From Candidatus Zixiibacteriota bacterium (GTDB lineage: Bacteria > Zixibacteria > MSB-5A5 > GN15 > FEB-12), in the NCBI GenBank assembly GCA_041742355.1, contig JBGSIV010000227.1, positions 1-29,520 on the forward strand: 29,520 nt of DNA, in the 5' to 3' direction. The notes under the pieces were generated by a model. That model saw only the letters and a list, made by a program, of their open reading frames with translations, did no database searches and was not told the origin of the DNA. Made by a program: the position numbers and the translations under genes. This document shows, one piece after another, positions 8,248 through 14,920 of this stretch. Numbering within the stretch: the stretch's first letter is position 1; every line of letters begins with the position of its first letter.

Positions 8248-10020
8248 CTACACGGTCAGCAGTTGCTTCTGCGCCAGCTCGCGGTACAGCGGCGAACAGG
8301 CCAGCAGTTCTTCGTGCGTCCCCTGGCCGACGATCTGCCCGCTATCGAGCACGACAATTCGGTCCGCATGTCGCACAGTGGCCAGGCGGTGTGCGATGAT
8401 GATCGATGTCTTTCCGCGCAGCGCCTTTTCCAGCGCCACCTGGATCAGCTCTTCGTTGCGCGTATCCAGCGCCGAGGTCGCTTCGTCCAGGAGCATGATC
8501 GGCGGGTTCTTGAGCACCGCCCGAGCCAGGCACATCCGCTGCCGCTCCCCGCCCGAGAGCGTCACTCCGCGCTCGCCCACCTCCGTTTCATACCCGTTCG
8601 GCAGCCGCTCGATGAAATCGTGAATGTTCGCGACGCGCGCCGCGGCGGTCACCTGCTCCATTGTCGCCGTCTCTTCCCCGTAGGCGATATTCTCCCGGAT
8701 GCTCCCCGTGAACAGCACCGGATCCTGATCCACCAGCCCGATGATTCCCCGCAGTTCCTTCACGCCCAGGCGCCGGATATCCACGCCGTCGATGCTGATC
8801 GTCCCGCTGTGCGGATCGAAGAACCGCAGCAGCAGGTTGATCACGGTCGTCTTGCCCGATCCCGATGGCCCCACGATGGCCACGGTCTCGCCCGGTTCGA
8901 CCGCCAGGGACAGGTGGCGCAGGGCGAAGTCATTGTCCTCGTAGGCGAAATCGACCTGCTCGAAGACCACCCGGCCCTCGACGCGGTCCAGCGTTTTGGG
9001 TGTTGGATCCTCCACCACCGCGGGCGGGATATCGAGGTACTCGAAGATCCGCTGTACTGCCGCCATTTCCGACTGCACCTGGACGTTCATGGTCGCGAGC
9101 TCCTGCACCGGAGAATACAGATATGCCGTGAGCATGTAGAAGAGCATGACCTGGCCCAGGAGCAACGATCCGTCGCCGACAAGGTACGTGCCCCACGAGA
9201 GGATCACGACCGGGGCGATCATGTTGATGAAGTGCACGAAGTTCACCGCCAGCGAGTTGGCGACGCTGTTGCGAATGTACAGTCCGGTCAGGTTGTCCAT
9301 CACGCGGTCGAGTTTGCGCTGCTCCCTCCGTTCCTGCGCGAAGGCGCGGATGGTCCGGATTGCGCCGAACGATTCGGCCAGGTGCCCCGACAATTTCGCC
9401 AGTGTTTCCTGCAGCGCCCCGATAATGGCGTGCAGCCGCTTCCCGAACCGGTTCGAAACGTAGATGCTCAGCGGCACCGGTATGATCGCGACCAGGGTGA
9501 GTTCCCAGCTGACATTCAGCAGCCCCGCCATTACCGCCACCAGCCAGAGGACGTTGGTCAGGAAATTCACCAGCGTGGAGGCCAGCAGCCCCTGCACCCG
9601 CTGGACATCGGCCATCAGGCGGGACATGATCTCGCCCACCTGGTTCTTCTGGAAGAAGCGCACCGGCACGCGGCAGAGGTGGCCGAACATTTGCGATCGG
9701 ATGTCGGCGATGATGTGCGCCCCGACGTACCCCGCGAGGTAATCCCGGACCCAGCCGACCAGTGTGTTCGCAAGGTACACGCCGGCCAGGAATGCGCCAA
9801 ACAGCAGAATCGGCGTCAGGTCGACCTCTCCCGTGCTCTCCGCTTCGGCCACCAGGTGAGGGATGAGCGTGTCGATCATGTACATCACGGCGTAGGGCAT
9901 CGCCAGCATGAGCGCGATCCCGATGACCATCGTGAGGAGCAGCACCAGTTCGTGCTTCCAGTACGGCTTGAGATACTGCCAGAGCCGCCTGCGTGTCGTT
10001 GCGTCCGGTATCATGCCCAC
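8248..10020 (-). CDS. ABC exporter, fused permease/ATPase (MsbA/Sav1866-like); candidate RiPP exporter
   Basis: N-terminal TM domain; Walker A GPSGSGKT, signature LSGGERQR, Walker B MLLDEAT; no N-terminal C39 peptidase. Start is GTG 10020 or ATG 10014. Confidence 0.93.
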   Translation of the reverse strand: MGMIPDATTRRRLWQYLKPYWKHELVLLLTMVIGIALMLAMPYAVMYMIDTLIPHLVAEAESTGEVDLTPILLFGAFLAGVYLANTLVGWVRDYLAGYVGAHIIADIRSQMFGHLCRVPVRFFQKNQVGEIMSRLMADVQRVQGLLASTLVNFLTNVLWLVAVMAGLLNVSWELTLVAIIPVPLSIYVSNRFGKRLHAIIGALQETLAKLSGHLAESFGAIRTIRAFAQERREQRKLDRVMDNLTGLYIRNSVANSLAVNFVHFINMIAPVVILSWGTYLVGDGSLLLGQVMLFYMLTAYLYSPVQELATMNVQVQSEMAAVQRIFEYLDIPPAVVEDPTPKTLDRVEGRVVFEQVDFAYEDNDFALRHLSLAVEPGETVAIVGPSGSGKTTVINLLLRFFDPHSGTISIDGVDIRRLGVKELRGIIGLVDQDPVLFTGSIRENIAYGEETATMEQVTAAARVANIHDFIERLPNGYETEVGERGVTLSGGERQRMCLARAVLKNPPIMLLDEATSALDTRNEELIQVALEKALRGKTSIIIAHRLATVRHADRIVVLDSGQIVGQGTHEELLACSPLYRELAQKQLLTV

Positions 10021-10169
10021 GTCTGCTGTGCCTTCCTTGCTGTCGCCGTCGTGTCGTTCGTCTGCGGTCGCGCCGCCGCCTCATATATTAGCCTGCTGCC
10101 GGGCCAAAGTAAATCCCTGTTTGCCCCTCAGTACTTTCCGCCGGAGGCCTGTCCGCTTTCGTCTGTCAT

Positions 10170-10197
10170 AAAAAACGGCCGCTTCGACAGCGGCCGT
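10170..10197 (-). terminator. Intrinsic terminator after the second radical SAM gene
   Basis: ACGGCCGCT/AGCGGCCGT 9-bp stem (10175-10197) with an A run (10170-10175) giving a U tract on the minus strand. Confidence 0.75.
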
Positions 10198-10232
10198 CAT
10201 AGTGTTGTGACCTGCAGGTATAGCGCGCCAGG

Positions 10233-11333
10233 CTACTTCTGCGTCGACGGCTGCGGTTCCTGAAACCGCTCCAGCAATTCCCGAATGAAGTCCGGTTCAA
10301 TCGCCTGCTCGCCGCGCTTCTGTTCGATTTGCCACATGCAGTACGGGTTGTTGGCCCGCTCTCCGGTGGCCGAGACCGACGTGGTCATGCAGCCGCCCCG
10401 GCACAGTGGGAGGTATCGGCAGGAGTGGCACGCGCCCGTCGCCGTCCCCTTCGTGAATTTGCGGTTGTACAGGAATTTGGTCGGGTCATTCCAGATTTCC
10501 GTGAACGACCGTTCCCGGATGTTCCCTTCCACAAACTCCGGCTGCAGCGAGAGGCAGCCTTTGACGTCGCCGTTCGAGCAGATGCCGGCGATGCGGAGGC
10601 CGGCGCGACAGCCGAGGAACACCCCGTAGTCCCACAGCTCCGTTCCCTTGCATCCGTAGTAGCCGATATTCTCGCCGACGTCGATGCCCATGCGGTCGTC
10701 TTTCTTGAACTCGATGAGCTTGTCGACGAGCGTCTCATACTCCTCGAGGTTCATCACCATCTCCCGTTCCATGCGGCCGGTGACGGTCGTCATCTGCACC
10801 CGCCACTGGGGACACCCGACCGAGATCAGGTCGGCGTGGATGTTATCCATGTCCTTCAGGTTGATCTTCGAAATCTGGCTGACCGCCTCGTAGCGAATGC
10901 CGCGGGCCGTCATGAGGCTCATGGCATGCAGGCACTTGTCGTAGCTCGTGTTGCGCTGCCGGATGTAGTTGTGGATGTCCTTGGATCCGTCAAAGGAGAT
11001 GCCGATGTTGCGGAATCCCAGCCGCGCGAACTGATCCACGATTTTCTCGTCGATCAGCATCGCATTCGAGATGAGATACAGCATGACCCCGTTCGCTCCG
11101 ATCCGCTCCGCCAGCACGGGCCAGTCCTTGCGCAGCAGCGGCTCGCCGCCCGAGAGGGTAATCCCCTCCGAACCCAGACCGGTCAATTCGTCGATCAGCG
11201 CCAGTGCTTCGTCGGTCGTCAACTCGTCGCTTCGCGGGACACCGGCCGAGGTGCCGCAGTGAAGGCAACGCATGTTGCAGGCATAGGTGATTTCCCAGAC
11301 GACCTGCTGGGGGAAGAATTTGTACTCCGTCAT
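10233..11333 (-). CDS. Radical SAM/SPASM enzyme, PlpX/splicease-like
   Basis: VVWEITYACNMRCLHCG (CxxxCxxC), SGGEP, QWRVQMT..GR, GENIGYYG, GCRAG...GDVKGCLSL, CHSCRYLPLCRGGC...NNPYC. These match motifs I recall from PlpX-family spliceases. AAGGAG RBS lies within the upstream gene's end. Confidence 0.85.
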   Translation of the reverse strand: MTEYKFFPQQVVWEITYACNMRCLHCGTSAGVPRSDELTTDEALALIDELTGLGSEGITLSGGEPLLRKDWPVLAERIGANGVMLYLISNAMLIDEKIVDQFARLGFRNIGISFDGSKDIHNYIRQRNTSYDKCLHAMSLMTARGIRYEAVSQISKINLKDMDNIHADLISVGCPQWRVQMTTVTGRMEREMVMNLEEYETLVDKLIEFKKDDRMGIDVGENIGYYGCKGTELWDYGVFLGCRAGLRIAGICSNGDVKGCLSLQPEFVEGNIRERSFTEIWNDPTKFLYNRKFTKGTATGACHSCRYLPLCRGGCMTTSVSATGERANNPYCMWQIEQKRGEQAIEPDFIRELLERFQEPQPSTQK

Positions 11334-11337
11334 GGCG

Positions 11338-12705
11338 CTACTCCTTATTGGCGATTTGCGATTGATCTTGTTGCGAACGGCGCTGCATCTCCTGCTGGCG
11401 GGAACGCGCGATTATTTCCAGCATGGGCTGGAGGTTGTGCTTCCAGGTTTCGCACACCTCGACATCGGACAATCCCCGTTCGAGGCGGCGCGAGGGGCAA
11501 GCACCCATGCAGATGGGCAGCAGGTCGCACTCCGTGCACCGGGCATTGTCGAAGGGAGAGAAGTCAAACAGCGACCGGAAATTCGGGTGCTGGTAGTTCA
11601 TTTCCTCGGTGATTTGCCCGCACGCTTTCTCGGTCAGCCCGGCGTGGTTCCAGCAGCGGTACAAGTATCCCTCCGGGTCGATGAGGTGGGAATTGATCAT
11701 CGACGCCATGCAGAACGAGGAGAGGGGGGACGGGAGCTTGTCGATGCTGAACCCCTGCTCCAGCAGGAGCCGGTGGTAATCGACCTCGATATGCGAGAAG
11801 TCCGTCGAATCGTAACACGATTCGGAAATGTTCGCGCACACTTTCGACGCCGCCTCAACCATGCCGAAGTGCACGCCGACACGTTCCCGCAAACCGGCGG
11901 CCGTCAACTCGGCCAGCAGCTCGGTGATCGTGTCGGGGGTAAAGGACTTGTCGACATTCACCCGGATGCCGACCGTCATTTTGGTCGATGCGTACTTGAT
12001 ATTTTCGATAATCTTGTAGAAGCTCCCGCGTTTGCTCTTCAGCGGTCGCTTGACGTCGTGAATCCGGGCCGGGCCGTCCAGGGTCACCTGCACGAACGTC
12101 ACCCGCCAGTCCACCAGGCGATCAACCGTCTCCGGCGTCAGCAGGTAGCCGTTGCTCACCATCGAGGCGCGGTACGTGTACTGGTAGCGTTCGGCCATTT
12201 CCATGAACGCCTTGGTCAGCTCCTCGATGACATCGAGGGCCAGCAGGGGCTCGCCGCCGTACCAGTCGACCGAGAGATTCTGCAGGTGCTTCGCCTGCTT
12301 TTCCACGAAGCCGACCAGCGCCGTTCTGACCTCGGGCGACATTTTCCGCTTCGTTTTCTCCTCATAGCAGTACACGCAGGCCATGTTGCAGGCCATCGTC
12401 GGCGCGATGACCAGTCCCAGCCCCGTCCGGTCGTAGCGGTTCAGGTGGTGCTGAAACCGGAGGTCATAGAACTCCGAGAAACCATCCTTCCGCACGAATC
12501 CCCCAAACTCCAGCTGCTTGAGAAGTTCCGCTTCCGGCTCGGTCAACTCCGCCGCCCCGGGCCCGCGCAGCTTCGCGACCAGGTTTTCGTAAACCCCGTA
12601 GTTCTCGTCGGTCATCAGGGCAACCGCTCCGGAAAACGCGTTGTAGGCGATGTGGTAGCCGTCCTGCCATCGCTGGAAATGGTTATAGCGAGACACGGTA
12701 GACAT
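11338..12705 (-). CDS. Radical SAM/SPASM peptide maturase with N-terminal RRE-like domain (Cys-rich peptide/thioether-forming type)
   Basis: Likely start ATG 12705 (MSTVSRYNHF...IAYNAFSGAV); CNMACVYC, WYGGEPLL, QVTLDG; SPASM cysteines CMAS...YRCW...CTECDLLPICMGACP...C. Confidence 0.9.
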   Translation of the reverse strand: MSTVSRYNHFQRWQDGYHIAYNAFSGAVALMTDENYGVYENLVAKLRGPGAAELTEPEAELLKQLEFGGFVRKDGFSEFYDLRFQHHLNRYDRTGLGLVIAPTMACNMACVYCYEEKTKRKMSPEVRTALVGFVEKQAKHLQNLSVDWYGGEPLLALDVIEELTKAFMEMAERYQYTYRASMVSNGYLLTPETVDRLVDWRVTFVQVTLDGPARIHDVKRPLKSKRGSFYKIIENIKYASTKMTVGIRVNVDKSFTPDTITELLAELTAAGLRERVGVHFGMVEAASKVCANISESCYDSTDFSHIEVDYHRLLLEQGFSIDKLPSPLSSFCMASMINSHLIDPEGYLYRCWNHAGLTEKACGQITEEMNYQHPNFRSLFDFSPFDNARCTECDLLPICMGACPSRRLERGLSDVEVCETWKHNLQPMLEIIARSRQQEMQRRSQQDQSQIANKE

Positions 12706-12841
12706 GCTTTGATTCCGCCATTTGCAGTTCTTGACGCGGGGCAGTGCCCGGTTCTGCCCCACGCTGGTTCGCATCGTATTTCGGATGCGCCTATCTGTTC
12801 GAGGGACCACATCGACGGCCGGCCATTCATCGGACCGTCGA

Positions 12842-12874
12842 TCTGCAGGCCGGTATTACTGTCCGGCCTGCAGA
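12842..12874 (-). other. 12-bp stem-loop downstream of precursor B
   Basis: TCTGCAGGCCGG (12842-12853) / CCGGCCTGCAGA (12863-12874), perfect; no U tract. Confidence 0.8.
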
Positions 12875-12890
12875 ACAATCAGCATTCCGA

Positions 12891-12986
12891 TCACATGTAA
12901 ATCGGATCAATCCCGTACAAAGCCTTGGGACGCAGACAGCTGCACGGCCGATTCGCCACGGCCTGCGGGTCGACTAAATAGATCAT
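12891..12986 (-). CDS. RiPP precursor peptide B, 31 aa: MIYLVDPQAVANRPCSCLRPKALYGIDPIYM
   Basis: Translated by hand (below ORF-track cutoff); RBS AGGGAGGTGA at 13000-12991; paralogous to 13135-13221. Confidence 0.9.
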   Translation of the reverse strand: MIYLVDPQAVANRPCSCLRPKALYGIDPIYM

Positions 12987-13095
12987 GTAGTCACCTCCCT
13001 TCGATCGTTATGCTGTTGTGGTTCCCGGCCAACCTCGTCGTGAGCCTGGCTTTGGAGCCGCAATTTTCCACTTTCCCTGCGTTTGAAATCAGATC

Positions 13096-13124
13096 GCACC
13101 GGAGGCAGCTATCGCCTCCGGTGC
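13096..13124 (-). other. 11-bp stem-loop downstream of precursor A
   Basis: GCACCGGAGGC (13096-13106) / GCCTCCGGTGC (13114-13124), perfect; no clear U tract. Confidence 0.8.
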
Positions 13125-13134
13125 CATGGCGGTA

Positions 13135-13221
13135 TCAGATGTCGATACCGTAGAGAGCCTTCGGGACTTTGCAGGTGCACGGGCGATTCGCCACAACCTG
13201 CGGGTCGATTAAATAGATCAT
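13135..13221 (-). CDS. RiPP precursor peptide A, 28 aa: MIYLIDPQVVANRPCTCKVPKALYGIDI
   Basis: Translated by hand; RBS GGAGGT at 13232-13227, 5 nt from ATG; 22/27 aa identical to precursor B with multiple synonymous changes. Confidence 0.9.
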   Translation of the reverse strand: MIYLIDPQVVANRPCTCKVPKALYGIDI

Positions 13222-13578
13222 TCCGAACCTCCGTGAATGATCTTGCTCCAGGAGCGGCCGCAACACCGCCGGGGAATTCAGAAAGGAGACTCTTCCGGCG
13301 AACCGCGAGCACCCCTATGCAGCAAGTGGTGAGTGTAACGGATGCCCGACCGAACCAGGTCGCCCCGGATGCATCAGCACCCCGGACAACTCATCCAGGC
13401 GAGCGTGGGCTTCTCATTCTTCTATGGCATGCAATTTGGATAGCGGCAGCGGCAGAAGGACTGTGCCGAAACACCATGCCCCCAATTCACTGCCTACTCG
13501 AATTTCACTGGTATCCCATCAGACACTATCAACGAGACCACGAATGTCATGTCAACGTCATTTTGGTCCTACTTACAA

Positions 13579-13607
13579 AAAGTAAGCGTCATGGACAAAA
13601 GTGTCAA
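13579..13607 (-). promoter_or_regulatory. Putative sigma70 promoter for the RiPP cluster
   Basis: Minus strand TTGACA (13607-13602), 17 nt spacer, TACTTT (13584-13579) in an AT-rich patch. Confidence 0.45.
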
Positions 13608-13776
13608 GGACTAACTGGTCAAGTATCGTCAGAAATTGGATAGAACGTGGTCTCTATGCTGGTTCTTCGCCAAATCGCTTGAATCCCCCTCTGTAATCAC
13701 CTACATTTTGGTACGCGAATCACTACGTTCGGATGCGAATTTTCGTCACCGCTTACGTAACCCGGAGGGTCATTCG

Positions 13777-14784
13777 ATGCGCGCCATGGTTCTCGAACAA
13801 CAGAAGCGCCCCCTTCAACTCCGCCACCTCCCCGACCCGACCCCCGGCCCCGGGCAGATTCTCCTGAAAGTCCACACCTGCGGTGTCTGCCGCACCGACC
13901 TGCATGTCCTCGACGGCGATTTGCCTGAACCGGCCCTCCCGCTCATCATGGGCCACCAGATTGTCGGCAGCGTCGCCGCCCTCGGCGCCGGTGTCACCAC
14001 GCACGCGATTGGCGACCGCGTCGGCGTTCCCTGGCTGGGGGGGAGCTGCGGACAGTGTCACTTCTGCCGCACCGATCGCGAGAACCTCTGCGACAGGGCG
14101 CGCTACACCGGCTACCAGCTCAACGGGGGCTTCGCCGAGTTCGCGGTCGCCGACGAGCGTTTCTGTTTCCCCATCCCGGAGGACTATCCAAGTCTGCAGG
14201 CCGCCCCGCTTTTGTGCGCCGGGCTCATCGGGTACCGCGCGTTGCGCATGACCGGCGACTCGTCACGGCTCGGGCTCTACGGTTTCGGCGCCGCCGCGCA
14301 TATTGTCATTCAGGTCGCCCGCTACCGGGGGCGGGAGGTCTACGCTTTCACGCGCGAGGGGGATACCGAATCCCAGCAGTTCGCCCGCGACCTCGGCGCG
14401 GTCTGGGCGGGCCCCTCCGGGGAGATCCCTCCTGACCCCCTCGATGCCGCCATTATATTCGCCCCGGTCGGCGACCTCGTGCCGACCGCCCTGAAAGCCC
14501 TAACCAAAGGCGGCATCGTCGTCTGCGCCGGCATCCACATGTCGGATATCCCGTCGTTTCCCTACCGGCTCCTGTGGGAGGAGCGCTCGATCAAGTCTGT
14601 TGCCAACCTGACCCGCCGCGACGGCGAGGAGTTTCTGCGGCTCGCCCCGCTCGTTCCGGTTCGCACCGAGGTTCACGCTTATCCGCTGGAGAAAGCCAAC
14701 GTAGCGCTCGACGACCTTCGCGCCGGTCGGTTCACCGGCGCCGCCGTTGTCGTGGTGGATGAAGGCGCCGCCCCTGCCTCCTGA
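13777..14784 (+). CDS. Zinc-dependent alcohol dehydrogenase family protein
   Basis: CGVCRTDLH, GHQIVG, structural Zn CGQCHFC...NLC, APLLCAG, GFGAAA; GGAGGG RBS before ATG 13777. Confidence 0.95.
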   Translation: MRAMVLEQQKRPLQLRHLPDPTPGPGQILLKVHTCGVCRTDLHVLDGDLPEPALPLIMGHQIVGSVAALGAGVTTHAIGDRVGVPWLGGSCGQCHFCRTDRENLCDRARYTGYQLNGGFAEFAVADERFCFPIPEDYPSLQAAPLLCAGLIGYRALRMTGDSSRLGLYGFGAAAHIVIQVARYRGREVYAFTREGDTESQQFARDLGAVWAGPSGEIPPDPLDAAIIFAPVGDLVPTALKALTKGGIVVCAGIHMSDIPSFPYRLLWEERSIKSVANLTRRDGEEFLRLAPLVPVRTEVHAYPLEKANVALDDLRAGRFTGAAVVVVDEGAAPAS

Positions 14785-14823
14785 GAGGTGGATTCGGCGC
14801 GCCATTGGCTCATGCGGTCGCCC

Positions 14824-14852
14824 TTGACTTTTCCGCGCGGGCGGCCTATATA
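14824..14852 (+). promoter_or_regulatory. Putative sigma70 promoter for gdhA
   Basis: TTGACT (14824-14829), 17 nt spacer, TATATA (14847-14852). Confidence 0.45.
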
Positions 14853-14920
14853 CCGATGATTCCGTCCATGACTTCGGAGCGAAGAATCGCCCCTCGGCCT
14901 GGTTTACGTGAGGAACGCCC

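Noticed and set aside
8212..10263. 683-aa plus-strand ORF (and 427/537-aa ORFs at 10329-12900)
   Set aside because: Antisense shadows of the ABC exporter and radical SAM genes, typical of high-GC coding DNA; no recognisable domains.
10233..11333. Annotation as PqqE, NirJ/Ahb heme-biosynthesis enzyme or MftC
   Set aside because: No pqq, heme or mft genes nearby; the NIGYYG, KGCxSL and NNPYC motifs plus adjacent LYG peptides fit a splicease-like enzyme better.
12706..12810. 35-aa N-terminal extension of the 490-aa radical SAM ORF
   Set aside because: The family-like N-terminus begins at MSTVSRYN (12705); the extension looks non-coding.
13083..13643. 186-aa and other plus-strand ORFs over the precursor region; a third precursor copy
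   Set aside because: No RBS or motifs, and antisense to the supported peptides. I found no further MIYL-DP/LYG copy between 12706 and 13770.
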